Positions 32,232 through 44,020 of a DNA stretch of 64,000 nt are shown here, one piece after another. Under the pieces are notes generated by a model. The model was not told where the DNA came from. It was given only the letters and a program-made list of their open reading frames with translations, and searched no databases. Origin of the DNA: Meyerozyma guilliermondii (lineage: Eukaryota); NCBI GenBank assembly GCA_051546255.1, contig CP128818.1:558001-622000 (forward strand), in the 5' to 3' direction. The stretch's first letter is position 1; the number at the start of each line of letters is the position of its first letter. The translations under genes were made by a program, and so were the position numbers.

Positions 32232-32327
32232 CTTCCCCACCAGGAGTCGAACCTGGAATCTTCTGGTTCCAACCGGAAGTGGTTACGTAATCGTAGCCAG
32301 ACGCCTTGACCATTGGGCCATGAGGAA
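32232..32327 (-). tRNA. tRNA-Arg(ACG) with 23-nt intron (32268-32290)
   Basis: TTCCTCATGGCCCAATGGTCAAGGCGTCTGGCTACGA[intron]ACCAGAAGATTCCAGGTTCGACTCCTGGTGGGGAAG; T6 Pol III terminator at 32222-32227. Confidence 0.96.
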
Positions 32328-32548
32328 CGAAGCTTGGGAGAGAAGATGAGGGAAACGAAATGAGCGAGTTGAGTGAATTTATGCGAAATTGAAACTATTG
32401 AAACTATTGAAACGAAATTATTCATTCCACTTCAATATCCTTATAGTTTTTAATTTTTTTTTTCTACTTTTTTCTACTCCTTTATTATTCTTCTTATTCT
32501 TCTTATTCTTCCTCTTTCCTACGCTATTCTTTCCTCACATATATTAAC

Positions 32549-34257
32549 CTAATGCTCCAATATGGTCAAGTTGCCGGTAACCACTACATTCTCCAACACC
32601 GAACCATTAGGAATATCAATCTTGTCACCATCGTTACAAACTATGATGACTGTTCCCTTTAAGGTGACATTTCTTCCCAAGGTGACATTTCCGGTAATTG
32701 TCAAGTGATCAAGCTCGACAATCTTGGGTATATGAGCTATCCGGGACAGGAATCCGGAAACCTTTTTAAAGTGTGAACCCAACTTGATGAGTGGGTTAGC
32801 AAAACCATATCTTGCTGGGTCCAATTTCAAGGCACCGTGCTCCAAATGGAACAAATCTGACTTGACAAGTAATAAATCAGAACAGGTTTTCACAGGCAAG
32901 AATCTGGCACGAGGAACGACCACTCCGTGTGCTCCTTCAAAGTGTCTGATGGCGGCACCAACGGCGGTTTCCAATTGCAAAACATTGAATTCGGAATTAC
33001 CCTTGGAAATGGATTTTTGGTTGGGGATGATTTCGGCCTGGATGCTATTTGACTCCACCAACTTTTTAACGGCCTTCAAGTTGATCCACAAGTTGTTGGT
33101 GTTGAAGTACTTGAATTTTTTGATCGACTTGAAATCTTCAACGTGCTCCTTGGGTACCTGAGCAATTTCCAACAACCGAACTTGGCCATCATAATTGATC
33201 AAAGTTCCTCCCTTAACATCGGCTCTGGTTTTGTCGGTCAATTCCATGAGATACTCTGCTCCGGTTTCGATCATGTGGTCCAAAATCTTGGTGTCGACAG
33301 TGGCTCCTAAATTATCACCATTGGACACAAACAAAATTTCTCTTCCCTGGGCCAAAAGCGAGTCCAATTCACCTGATGAGATCAATGCCTCGTACAAGTC
33401 TCCGTGACCTGGGGGGTACCAACCGTCCAATTCGTCGTCAAACGACTCGGGAACCGGCAACAACGAGTCCTTAAAAATACGAGGAAATCTCGATTGGTTG
33501 AAGGTTCTCACTCTGATTCTGTGGCCCTGGTACTTCTTGATGATCTTGGCGGTGTCGGCATCGGTGTTAAACGAGTTCATCAACAAGAGAGGAACATCAG
33601 AATCGTATTTACGATTAAGATGCTCGATTTGTCTCACCGACAAATCCAAAAATGTGTTGCCATCTCTTACTTCAATGACCGATTTGGGACCCACACAGCC
33701 CATAGACGTACCCAATCCTCCGTTCAACTTGAGCACTGCCAATTTGCTCAAATTGTCGGCAGTTTCCGATTTGAGAGAGTCATACAGCACAACCTCACTC
33801 TCACTTGGCGACTTGATTTTGTCCCAATCAAGAGTGGTTCCCGACGCCTTATCGGTCAAATACCGTCTAAACAAGGCGAAAAATGAATCCATCTCGTTTT
33901 CAAACTTGGCTTGGGCTTCTGGATCCTTGACGGTATCGACCAATGCATTCAAGGCATTCCGCATCTGCGACGCAGAAACGTTTGTGGCGGTGTTGTCAAA
34001 CGCCTGTGTTAGTAGCTCGAAGAGATTGGCCAATTGAGTATACGGGGCTGCTTTGAGGCGGTTAAAGTGGCGAATGATGGAGATTTTGAGACACAAATAG
34101 ACGAATCGAAAATGAAAAAAACTCGATTTTGACAATCAAAGTTCGAGAAAATTGTCATTTTGATCACTTTATCGTTTCCGCGCCATCCACATTACCCCAA
34201 TTCCAAACTTACATAGGTCGACTGAGACTTGACGTGTTTCTTTGCTTGTGCAGACAT
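32549..34257 (-). CDS. UGP1: UDP-glucose pyrophosphorylase; exons 34257-34213 and 34003-32549
   Basis: Spliced N-terminus [19 protein letters not shown] matches Ugp1; [25 protein letters not shown]. Confidence 0.97.
34004..34212 (-). other. Spliceosomal intron of UGP1 (209 nt)
   Basis: GTAAGT...TACTAAC-ACAG, phase 0. Confidence 0.93.
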
Positions 34258-34821
34258 TGTGTATCTGGCGCAATCTTGCTTGCGAACATTCTATAGTCGC
34301 CCACACCCCCCAAGCTGGTGCACTGGTGTGCAGCACGGGTGTTGGGCTGCCGCCTCGGAGCGGAGTAGGGACTGCAGACATTGCTATGGATTGCAGCCAA
34401 TAGCAAACTGTGCAAGTAAGCGCGCAGATATTATTGGCGTGCGGCAGTCATGCAGAAATGCAATTAAACGACACTTCCGGTGACCACGAGGCCGGTAGTT
34501 ATCCGGTGGTAAACCGGAAGTAACCTTTCAAAACCCTAAATTTAAGCTCCCAAAAATTGGGTTCCCCACGCTTACCCCACTGGTTCCCCTCGCCCTCCCA
34601 CCGACTTCGGCTTCTCCCTTGAGCGGCTCGCACACCCACACACCACTCCGATATTTTCTCGCTTGTTTCCCCACAGTCCTGCAGGGCCGGTGGCCGGTCC
34701 GAAAAGAGCCAAGATGTGACCCGGCTTGCCATCATTTGAGTTATTTATTTTACGTGTTTCTTATGTTTTTTTAAGCGTTTTGGACTCCAAAAGATCGATT
34801 CCCTCCTAATTACTACCCATT

Positions 34822-36279
34822 ATGTCGGCTCCACCCTATGATCTTGCATGCGAACTGGTGCCCAGCTACCAGCCCTCGTCAGAGTCGCTTCCGGAATACA
34901 AACAAACTCTTCATTTCGGGGGTTTATGTCTTATGAAAACCGAGTTTTCAACTCCTTATCACTATAACTCGCGGAACCGAGGTTGGAGCCCGGTTTTCTT
35001 GGAAATTAATTCGACAGAAATCAAATTTTACAATTTGAACATTGATAAAAAATTGCTTATTCTCATAGAAACGTTATACTACGAGGCCAATCTGCTTCAT
35101 GATTTGGCTGCTAACATCAACAATGATAGACTTAAACGCGACAAGAAGCCTTGGCTTGACACCAGTGACGTTGATCTTTTCGGTGATGACCCCTATGGTG
35201 CCTCATTTTCTCCCGAGGCTTTTAAGCAGACCCGGTCCGACAGAGTCAAGTTGAAGTTTCAGAAGGCAAAGCAAGGCGCCTCGGCGAAAATGCTCCCTAA
35301 GTTTTACTCACAGCTTCAGGATAATGGCTTTTTATTCGAACCAACGACCAATACCGAAATCACCAACAACTTCAAATCAAAGTACGCAGGAGAGTTGATT
35401 CACCGGTACACTCTTGCCAACTGCGATGTTGGAGAGGCTCCTTCGTTGAATCAAGTGATTTCTGCCATGTATAAAGAAACGCTGATTGATTCGTTACCTC
35501 AAAGCACCTCCACCTTGGTCAAATACAAAAATGTGCTTCGACTTCGAGTCGAATTGAAACAAATATTGCTCCAATTCTGGTCGTTTTACGGCATGGTGCA
35601 TTGGTACCGAAACATCTTGATTGGAGGTGATTTGGCTTCGCCTCTCGAATCTAGAATAGCTACCAAGGTCAAAAGCATACCATCTCGTCAAACCAGACTC
35701 AATAATGCCCTTCTTGTGGCTACGGCCGCCGCTGCATCTTACCGACAGGAACCACTGCAAGACGAAGAAAACTTTCCCGCCGGCGAAATTTGTTTCAATG
35801 ATCCTTTTCTGACCGGAGAAACCATCAAGCCACTGAATACTCGTCCATGTTCGTGTTCTGAGAATGGAAGCGTGTGCACAACCCCAGACTCTGTTTTCTC
35901 TGAGCGCCGAGAGTCTGTCGCTACGACAGAAAGTAGTAGCAGTGATACCAAATGTCACTACTCGAAAACTATGCATTCCTATAAACTTGTCAGCTACGAC
36001 AGATACTACACCACATTAGAAAAGCAGTATATTTCAAACTGTATACCAGATCTAAACTCGTTTGACAAGTGGCAGTCGATAGGGTTAACGCTTTCTAATT
36101 TCAAACAGTATATGAGCAAACTGCAATTGAAGCATTATGAAAAAGACCCTCAAAATGTTTACATATCTATTGGAGAATTGATAGACGGTGTGTCTCAATA
36201 TGACAAAACCTCACCATCAAATGGGCCATGTCGACTGTTCGTTGTGCATCAAAGCGGACTAGTTAGTGTGACAACTTGA
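34822..36279 (+). CDS. PH-like domain protein with an LPxY motif (YHR131C/YNL144C-like)
   Basis: LPEY, MKTEFSTPY..RGWSPVFLEINST, YKNVLRLRVE.KQILLQF. Confidence 0.7.
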   Translation: MSAPPYDLACELVPSYQPSSESLPEYKQTLHFGGLCLMKTEFSTPYHYNSRNRGWSPVFLEINSTEIKFYNLNIDKKLLILIETLYYEANLLHDLAANINNDRLKRDKKPWLDTSDVDLFGDDPYGASFSPEAFKQTRSDRVKLKFQKAKQGASAKMLPKFYSQLQDNGFLFEPTTNTEITNNFKSKYAGELIHRYTLANCDVGEAPSLNQVISAMYKETLIDSLPQSTSTLVKYKNVLRLRVELKQILLQFWSFYGMVHWYRNILIGGDLASPLESRIATKVKSIPSRQTRLNNALLVATAAAASYRQEPLQDEENFPAGEICFNDPFLTGETIKPLNTRPCSCSENGSVCTTPDSVFSERRESVATTESSSSDTKCHYSKTMHSYKLVSYDRYYTTLEKQYISNCIPDLNSFDKWQSIGLTLSNFKQYMSKLQLKHYEKDPQNVYISIGELIDGVSQYDKTSPSNGPCRLFVVHQSGLVSVTT

Positions 36280-36574
36280 GTATGATATGAATGTGTTGAC
36301 TATGAGGATTCAACTCTCTGAAAATGATCGAGTTGAAACTATACTGGTTGATTATGATGTTGAACAAAGATAGAACATAAATCAAGATATGAAAACCTTT
36401 AATGAATATGATATGATCCTATAGTGATGATGCTGACTGATATCAACTTATATGAATTCAATCTATGAGTTTACATGAAGATTTGTCTTGTCCATATAAT
36501 TCAATTGGCATAATACTAAAAAGGCAGTCTCCACAAGTTGTATTTGCCTCAACTATAATACACTATTGTACATT

Positions 36575-37042
36575 TTATTCCATTGCATCATTGTCATTTT
36601 GCATGCCAAAGTAATTTTCTTGCTCCTGGCCATAACTCTGCCACTCGTCGCTGCCATATCCTTCTCTCACATAAGATTCAGCCTCGTCCAGCGGGCTAAA
36701 GTCGATTTTATCACCATTTGACATCGATGTGGGTGCAGGAGACGACCTGTACATCGACTGAGGAGTGGTGGGAAGTTCGTAAACGTTGTTTTGGCCATTG
36801 CCACATGCAAAAGCGTAGTCTTGGAACCCTTTATCTTCAAATTTCGTCACGGTGTTACCATTTTGGTCTTGAAATTGTCGCAAAGAACCCCACGGAGTAA
36901 TTTTAACTATACCACCTTCGGGATGTGAGTATACAGGCCATTCCTCTGATGTTGAATAAGCCTGTTTTTCACGTTCGCTAGCGTTTTTGACCTTTTTTTG
37001 GTACGATTCCACGTCTTCCCGTTTTCTCTTTGGCGTGTACAT
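36575..37042 (-). CDS. Hypothetical 155-aa protein, basic NLS-like N-terminus and acidic tail
   Basis: ATG at 37042 (MYTPKRKRE...KKVK); occupies its own intergenic space; family not recognised. Confidence 0.65.
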   Translation of the reverse strand: MYTPKRKREDVESYQKKVKNASEREKQAYSTSEEWPVYSHPEGGIVKITPWGSLRQFQDQNGNTVTKFEDKGFQDYAFACGNGQNNVYELPTTPQSMYRSSPAPTSMSNGDKIDFSPLDEAESYVREGYGSDEWQSYGQEQENYFGMQNDNDAME

Positions 37043-37838
37043 GAAGAAGAAAAGAGCGCGCGAGGGAAATGCTGGCGATGGAGGATGTATGTGCAGGGGA
37101 GACGGTGCAGGACTTTTGTGTGTGCAGGAAGTGTGATTTCTGTTTCTTTGTGTGCCGTACGTTTCACCAGATACGGATGGTAAGTTCTCAGAGAATTGAG
37201 AGCCTTGCATAAGTTTTGGTGGCTCAATTGTATGTGAAATTGATGTGTGTGTCTTTTTATAGTAGAATATGTCTCACGAAGCCAAAGTGACGAAAAATTG
37301 ACAAATAAGTAGGGAATATGGGAAAAACAAAGTCTTTATTTTGGCTCAAATTCAGTCAAAAAGAGCTTAATTGGCCCATTATGAACTCTTCAAATATCTG
37401 TGGATTAACCCTTTTTTTCTGGGTTGGAAATTTGGTGAATTGAAGAAGATATTGCTATTTGTATCTCTCCAATTCCTCACATTTTGTGTACCCAAAGTTT
37501 TCACAAACGAATTGATTAGCTGGCTCTCATACAGCAGTCTACGGCTATCCCTTCCTCCATAACTCTACTCTTTTTTTCATGTAACTTTCTTTGAAACTTA
37601 GATCTCTCATCTCAGATTCATCATTTGCAGCCAAATTTTTTTAGTTAAAAACCAAGTCAAAGCACCTCTAACATACCTCGCTTCTGCTTAACATAACTCT
37701 CTTCTTCTTCAAATACCCAGGAGCTTTTTTATTACTTTCCTTTTCACTCGTCTCTTCGTTGATAGCACCGGGCTATATGCCGTCCGCCTGCAGGCGGTTT
37801 TCTCATCCAATAAAACTCGCGATTTTCTTTGTTACTTC

Positions 37839-39269
37839 ATGTTGAGGGCCAGAAGCTTCACCAGCATATTGGGGCGCACACCCCGTATTCCATGCCGTAA
37901 CTTGGCCACGAGCCGTGTGTTGGCAGCTGCTACCGGAGAACAGGAGCGCAAACCGTTTGTAAATGCCCTCGGAAAAGATGTTCAAAGGTACTCGGACGAG
38001 CCAGGAACTTTTGGAAAAACCACTTTTACCGAAGTAATGGACGAGGTTGATATGACTTGGGGCCGCGACGATGATCCTAAGCACGTAGACAAGCAAAACA
38101 CCAAGATTCGTCACTTTACCATCAATTTTGGTCCACAACATCCTGCCGCTCACGGTGTGTTGAGATTGATTTTGGAATTACACGGTGAAGAAATTGTACG
38201 TTCTGATCCTCATGTGGGACTTTTGCATCGAGGAACTGAGAAATTGATCGAATCCAAGACGTATATGCAAGCATTGCCTTATTTCGATCGGTTGGATTAT
38301 GTTTCTATGATGACCAACGAGTTGGTTTTCGCATTGGCAGTGGAAAAATTGTTGAATGTAGAGGTACCATTGAGAGCCAAGTATATCCGTACTTTGTTCG
38401 GTGAGATCACCAGGGTGTTGAACCACTGTATGTCGGTGCTTTCACATATTATGGATGTCGGTGGTTTGACGCCGTTTTTGTGGGGTTTCGAAGAGAGAGA
38501 AAAATTGATGGAATTTTATGAACGGGTTTCGGGTGCCCGTTTGCACAGTGCCTATGTGCGTCCTGGAGGAGTGGCGCAGGACTTGCCCGCCGGCTTGTTG
38601 GACGATATCTATATGTGGGCTACTCAATTTGGTGACAGAATCGATGAAGTTGAAGAATTGGTCACCGATAACAGAATTTGGCAGGCACGTACCAAAGATG
38701 TTGGTGTGGTCAGTGCTGAAGATGCTCTCAACTACTCGTTATCGGGAGTGATGTTGCGTGGATCTGGTATCGCCTACGATATTAGAAAAGCCCAACCTTA
38801 TGACGCATACGAATTGGTGGATTTTGACATTCCTGTAGGACAAAATGGTGACTGTTATGACAGATACCTTATTAGAATGGCCGAGTTCAGACAATCGTTG
38901 CGGATCATCGAACAATGTATCAATGATATGCCCGAGGGGCCAGTCAAGGTTGAAGATTTCAAGATTTCTCCACCAGCTCGTCAAGTAATGAAGGAAGATA
39001 TGGAGGCATTGATTCACCATTTCTTGTTGTTTACCAAGGGATACGCTGTTCCTCCTGGTGAGACTTACACTGCCATCGAAGCACCCAAGGGTGAAATGGC
39101 AGTTTATGTTGTGTCGGACGGAAGTGAGAGACCTTATAGATGTAAGATTAGAGCTCCTGGATTTGCCCATCTTGGAGCATTTGATCACATTTCTCGTGGA
39201 AATTTGTTGGCCGATGCCGTTGCCATCATTGGTACTATGGATCTCGTGTTTGGAGAGGTTGATCGTTAG
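37839..39269 (+). CDS. Respiratory complex I 49-kDa subunit (NDUFS2/NUCM)
   Basis: [32 protein letters not shown], terminal DLVFGEVDR. Confidence 0.98.
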   Translation: MLRARSFTSILGRTPRIPCRNLATSRVLAAATGEQERKPFVNALGKDVQRYSDEPGTFGKTTFTEVMDEVDMTWGRDDDPKHVDKQNTKIRHFTINFGPQHPAAHGVLRLILELHGEEIVRSDPHVGLLHRGTEKLIESKTYMQALPYFDRLDYVSMMTNELVFALAVEKLLNVEVPLRAKYIRTLFGEITRVLNHCMSVLSHIMDVGGLTPFLWGFEEREKLMEFYERVSGARLHSAYVRPGGVAQDLPAGLLDDIYMWATQFGDRIDEVEELVTDNRIWQARTKDVGVVSAEDALNYSLSGVMLRGSGIAYDIRKAQPYDAYELVDFDIPVGQNGDCYDRYLIRMAEFRQSLRIIEQCINDMPEGPVKVEDFKISPPARQVMKEDMEALIHHFLLFTKGYAVPPGETYTAIEAPKGEMAVYVVSDGSERPYRCKIRAPGFAHLGAFDHISRGNLLADAVAIIGTMDLVFGEVDR

Positions 39270-39382
39270 CATGCGTTACTGTAATCTATGTGACTAAGGT
39301 AATTGTAGATGAGCTATACAAGGTGAAACCTAGTATAGCGCCAGAATGACATCATTTTCTAGGCAAAAACCAGTTGAGTTTT

Positions 39383-40240
39383 TCATCCCCACAACTGATA
39401 CAAAAAGTACGTTGCGCCCGCTCCCACAGTCATGATCGTGGCCACTTTGAGGGTACTTTCGCTGTCGTGAGGCCCATGATACATATGAGGGTCTCTCGCT
39501 GTACTGGTATAGGTTGCTTGGCGACCAGAAGATTGTTGGTTCGCATAGTTATGGGCCTGGCGCATCAAATGCTTGGTGATAAGTTCTTCGCTGACTTTTG
39601 TATTGCTGGAACGATAGAGTTGTTTTATGATGGCATCGCGCTGGGCAGGAGAAAGATGTTTGTTGATAAGTCGTTGTTCGAATTTGAGGTTTCGTGAAAG
39701 GTGATTGTCGTAGTCAAAATGAGGCACTCCATGACGATCGCCGTGGTTGACATGGACACCAGAAACATGAGATTGGTTTTCGAAATCGGCAAAGTTGCGC
39801 ACCCTGTGTCTTGTAGCATTGAGACCCAGAGCCATGGAATGATGGGACCCTTCAGAACGCAGATAATATTTGGCCTCTCCATAGTATTTGTTGTGCCATT
39901 CAGATCGATCTGGATTATTTTGCTTGATATTGGGGCTCCCACGTAGTTCCATATCGTACTGTTTCCTCTTCTTGACATCCTTGAGGGTATCGTAAGCCGA
40001 GACAATCTCCACAAATCTATCTTGATTCAACTTTTTTTGTTCTTCATCCGCACTGGTATTTAAGTCTGGGTGATATTGTTTGGTGAGTTTTTTGAACAGC
40101 GCTTTGATTTCCTTGATGGACGCTCCATGGTGGACCCCTAGGATTTCGTATTTGTTTGGCGATGATTTCGAAGACAAAGATCGAAAATGCAGAAATGAAT
40201 GTAGATTTAGCCGCTTTGGCTGGTTGAATGCTGTACGCAT
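39383..40240 (-). CDS. Mitochondrial J-domain protein with C-terminal hydrophobic segment
   Basis: Presequence-like start, YEILGV...KQYHPD...AYDTLKD.KKRKQYD. Confidence 0.85.
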   Translation of the reverse strand: MRTAFNQPKRLNLHSFLHFRSLSSKSSPNKYEILGVHHGASIKEIKALFKKLTKQYHPDLNTSADEEQKKLNQDRFVEIVSAYDTLKDVKKRKQYDMELRGSPNIKQNNPDRSEWHNKYYGEAKYYLRSEGSHHSMALGLNATRHRVRNFADFENQSHVSGVHVNHGDRHGVPHFDYDNHLSRNLKFEQRLINKHLSPAQRDAIIKQLYRSSNTKVSEELITKHLMRQAHNYANQQSSGRQATYTSTARDPHMYHGPHDSESTLKVATIMTVGAGATYFLYQLWG

Positions 40241-40865
40241 GCTGGCACGCTCTTTGGTTGAATGTGCTCCAAAATTCGCTATGAGACGCAATAGCCGATC
40301 AGTTATCCGATCTTGCTCCGATACCGCAAATGAGCTTATCTCAGTAGCAAGCGGCACGACTAATGTGCGAATATAAATGGCGCGAACGGTTGTGGATGCG
40401 AACGACTAAGAAAGACACTTGGTGCGAACCATTAAAGATTGATGAGGGCACTGAAAATGGTGCGAATGCTGCTGTTGAATAAATGAGAACACGCAAACGA
40501 CTCAAAAGACAATTCTGATTATTTGAGTGCCACGTAAATGATTGCAAAATACTTCTAATGGAATTGAAACATTTAATCGAAGCGGAATCATCTAAATGAT
40601 TGGACTGAAAGCCAACTAGTTCAAATTGGGTAGCCAAACACTACAAATTGGAGTAACTAAAACTTAAATTAGTGTACTGCAACGTTCATGACATAAGTCG
40701 TCTGGTCAAGCTAATTCGTAAAGATGAACTACTCACCTCCCGTTCACTTCACACAAATCCGACTTCCTCCAAACTTCCAATTGACAACAATTGACAACTA
40801 CTGGCCATTCAGTGACCTTCAGTGACCCAGGTCATTCTAGTACTTGATTTGGCTGCAACGTGCGC

Positions 40866-40917
40866 CCGGGTAACCCTTACGTAAGCGCTGACTTTGCCAC
40901 CGGGCATGAGTATAAAA
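40866..40917 (+). promoter_or_regulatory. MIX17 promoter: Reb1-type CCGGGTAA, palindrome TTACGTAA, TATAAAA
   Basis: Motifs at 40866, 40877 and 40911. Confidence 0.5.
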
Positions 40918-40951
40918 GCTGCCAATTGCCCCGCGCCATCACCACATTTCA

Positions 40952-41356
40952 ATGCCTAGACAAAGAAGATCCGCCCCAGCTCCCACGCAAAGGAGATCTG
41001 CTCATACCGCTGCTGCGGCTCCTCACTATCCAGCTCCCGCTGCACAACCTCAAACCAGCTCGCGGTCGCCTGGTTTGTTCGGACAAATGGCTTCTACTGC
41101 GGCCGGTGTAGCCGTTGGTTCTACCATTGGTCACACCCTCGGTGCTGGTATCACCGGTATGTTTGGAGGAAGTTCTGCTCCCCCCGCTCAATATGAACAA
41201 GCGCAACAGCAAACTTACCAGGAACAGACAAAACACTGTGATGCTGATGCCAGAAACTTTACCAGATGTTTGGAAGATAATGGTGGAAACATGCAAGTTT
41301 GTGATTTTTACTTGCAACAATTGAAGGCGTGTCAAGAAGCTTCGAGACAATATTAA
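40952..41356 (+). CDS. MIX17: Twin CX9C intermembrane-space protein (CHCHD2/10 family)
   Basis: GLFGQMASTAAGVAVGS, CX9C-X10-CX9C. Confidence 0.96.
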   Translation: MPRQRRSAPAPTQRRSAHTAAAAPHYPAPAAQPQTSSRSPGLFGQMASTAAGVAVGSTIGHTLGAGITGMFGGSSAPPAQYEQAQQQTYQEQTKHCDADARNFTRCLEDNGGNMQVCDFYLQQLKACQEASRQY

Positions 41357-41855
41357 TGTAAATAGAGGAGTACTTGAGACTAAAATATTTAAAGAGTAAT
41401 GCATAGCAGATCAAGCTGATAAATTGTAGTTGAGTAAAAAGAACAATACGAAATCTTTGAAAAAGTGAAGAGTTGAGAGAAGTTAGTAGCACTGAAAAAT
41501 AAACTAGATAAGTAAAATTTTAATTTATGGATAGAGACATACTGGTCTGAATAGAAACACTGAAAGAAATGCATTCAAAGAAATTGTGTAGTATGGTTGA
41601 AAATTTTTAAAGTAGTACAGAACCACTGTATAGTTTTTCGTATGATAACCAACTACCAAAGCTACTTAAAAAGCAGTGAAAATTTGAGCTGTTAATACTG
41701 AATAGATTAAAAGTAGATAGAGTTGATTCTGAATGGTAAAGTTGAATAGTATTGTATTTACCAACAAATCTGGAGGCTGACCAGTCCCCCACTTATCATT
41801 GTTCAGGATTCCATAAATCACTATCTGTTCAAGTCACTTGAAGTCTGGCTCACTC

Positions 41856-42572
41856 CTACTTCTTCTCCTTCTTCTCCCTGGTGAAATAAAAGTATGCTCC
41901 TACCAATCCAGCGAGCCCCAATGGCACAACGAATGGTGCAGACAGATTTGGATTCTTCTGTCTTGGCTGGCCAGCATTGTGGTCCTGGTCATGCTCGTGG
42001 TCCTCCACTACAATTGGTTCCTTCACAGATGCAACTTTGTGGTGGACTTCATTTTCCCCCAAATGAACAACGTCGGATTGGTTGATTTCCGGGTTGATGG
42101 AACTCTGGATATACTTATCACGATTGGCTGGTTTGGAGCTTGTTGGACCGCCTTGGCCAATTGTAGCGTCCACTGGCTTCGAGCCTCGATCTTGCAAGAA
42201 CTCGGGCTCAGCGCCAACGGATTCTCCTCCATGAACAACCGCAGCGTCGTTGGCCTCGGCTTTGATAGAAGTGTGGTGTTCTTCTCTTTGCATCTCTCTT
42301 TCAACCTTGGCCCTTTTGTCGTGGGCTATGTCCTGTTTGATCGCCTCTCGGGTCACGGGAGGAACCTTGGGCTCGGTTGTTTTGGGAATAAAATCATATT
42401 TGAACTCCCATTCGTTGATGGAAGTTTGCGAAGGAAGCCTGTAAGAGTCGATAGTTGAAGAGTCGTCCTTGGCCCACCTTACAGCTGATGTGGACAATTG
42501 GGCTACTCTGGGGGCTCTGGTGGCTCTGGAAGCACCGATAATGGTGGAAATTGCAATTCGTGTGTTCAACAT
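41856..42572 (-). CDS. Hypothetical mitochondrial membrane protein (presequence + C-terminal TM)
   Basis: Arg/Ser/Ala-rich start ending LSTSAVRW; C-terminal FVVPLGLAGLVGAYFYF then basic tail. Confidence 0.8.
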   Translation of the reverse strand: MLNTRIAISTIIGASRATRAPRVAQLSTSAVRWAKDDSSTIDSYRLPSQTSINEWEFKYDFIPKTTEPKVPPVTREAIKQDIAHDKRAKVEREMQREEHHTSIKAEANDAAVVHGGESVGAEPEFLQDRGSKPVDATIGQGGPTSSKPANRDKYIQSSINPEINQSDVVHLGENEVHHKVASVKEPIVVEDHEHDQDHNAGQPRQKNPNLSAPFVVPLGLAGLVGAYFYFTREKKEKK

Positions 42573-42836
42573 GAAGAAGGCCGAGTGTCTCCGCGGATAT
42601 TGCTGAGGCCGGGGCACGGGCGGTTGTGTGCAGGAAATTTTGGGGAATGGTTGCAAATGAAAATGAAAGCGGCATGAACCGCATGAATCAGAAATGCGAG
42701 AAGAGGATTCGAGAAATGCGAGGATTCGGGAAATGCAGTTCATGGCGGCTTATTTCCGTACAGTCTATGCTATGCTAGTGGCTTCTATTAGTAGCTTGGT
42801 GTCTATTAATGTTTGTCTATCAATGGCGGTTGTCTC

Positions 42837-43691
42837 TTATGATATGAGGTCGTCGAGGTACTGGCTAGGCGGCCGCTTGATCCTAGGCCGTTCCACGGTG
42901 ACATCGTTGCGACTTACTCGGTCGCTGACATCGATATCGCTGCCATTGATAAAAGACAGATTGAGACCGGCTGAATTATCGTGAAACATCGGAAGTTCAA
43001 ACTGCGAGTTGCGCTTATTGAATAATGGAAGGTCCAATTGCGAATTACGTTTGTTCATCACTTCGAGAACGGGACTTACAAACATAGAATTGCGTCTTGG
43101 AGTTGGTTCTTTTCCTGTTACTGCTTGACGGTACAGTCTTCCAGGAGTACTTGAATCATTGCTTGACGAGTCGAGATCTCGGTAAGCCAGCCATACCGCA
43201 GACCCATGCTTAGAAAGTTGATTAATACTTGCAGTAGATGCAAAAGACGATTTTTCAAAAAATGATGAATTTGAACTTGAGCTTCCTCCAAATTGATAGA
43301 GTGAAGATGGGTTGGAATAATACACTTCTTTGTCAGATTTGGCGAGTCGACGCCCAGTAATAAATGATATGACGCGGTACATTGCAAAACCCAATAGTAT
43401 GGCTCCAATTATGGCTCCCATGATTATAAATACAAGGTTGGTGGGAAGGTTGGAGTGGGTAATGTATGGATTAGCTGTGGAAGTAGGACTCCCATTAGGA
43501 ATGGCAATGCTATACGAATAAGATTCTGAGGACATTGAAGGCATTGCGTCGGAGGAAAGTGACGGCAAAGCATCATCGGTAGACATTGATGGCATTGAAG
43601 CTCGCTTCATAATGGTGATGTAGGGGCCGGAGGTGGTTACAGGTATGGCCTCGGAACTCTGGGTTGCAGCCATTGCCGGAACTTGGTACAT
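42837..43691 (-). CDS. CSI2: Csi2/Prm5-family single-pass membrane protein
   Basis: NPYI...LVFIIMGAIIG TM, SMFVSPV, terminal RPPSQYLDDL; adjacent to TOP1 as in S. cerevisiae. Confidence 0.7.
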   Translation of the reverse strand: MYQVPAMAATQSSEAIPVTTSGPYITIMKRASMPSMSTDDALPSLSSDAMPSMSSESYSYSIAIPNGSPTSTANPYITHSNLPTNLVFIIMGAIIGAILLGFAMYRVISFITGRRLAKSDKEVYYSNPSSLYQFGGSSSSNSSFFEKSSFASTASINQLSKHGSAVWLAYRDLDSSSNDSSTPGRLYRQAVTGKEPTPRRNSMFVSPVLEVMNKRNSQLDLPLFNKRNSQFELPMFHDNSAGLNLSFINGSDIDVSDRVSRNDVTVERPRIKRPPSQYLDDLIS

Positions 43692-43774
43692 TTTGACCAA
43701 TTTTTCTATAATGAATTATTCGTTGCAGAACAATACCAATTTGGAATATTATATATGATTGTCGTTTTCCAGCC

Positions 43775-43855
43775 ACGCGTCAGATGTTTCGTACCATCCC
43801 TTCATGTTTCGTGTTTTGTGCATGAAATATGCACTGACGCGATTCCGCGACGCGT
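43775..43855. promoter_or_regulatory. MCB elements (ACGCGT x2, ACGCGA) upstream of CSI2
   Basis: ACGCGT at 43775 and 43850; another at 46358 upstream of TOP1. Confidence 0.6.
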
Positions 43856-44020
43856 ACATATGCAGCGAAGTGCGGCGCCAAAAGAGATGAAGCGATTAGT
43901 AATAAGATAGTAAGTAGTAGTAGTAATACTAGTCAAAGTAGCTATTAATCTAAGCAGTAATAGTGGATGATCCTAATTAACGATATAATAGTATTAGTTA
44001 GTAGTATTCTAAACAATTCG

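Noticed and set aside
36280..36460. Cluster of ATGAT/GTGATGA/CTGA motifs as a box C/D snoRNA
   Set aside because: The C and D motifs are only a few nt apart, with no terminal stem or guide; looks like AT-rich 3' UTR
41360..41800. AT-rich gap after MIX17 as a point centromere or LTR
   Set aside because: No CDEI/CDEIII or TG...CA LTR features; consistent with convergent 3' UTRs
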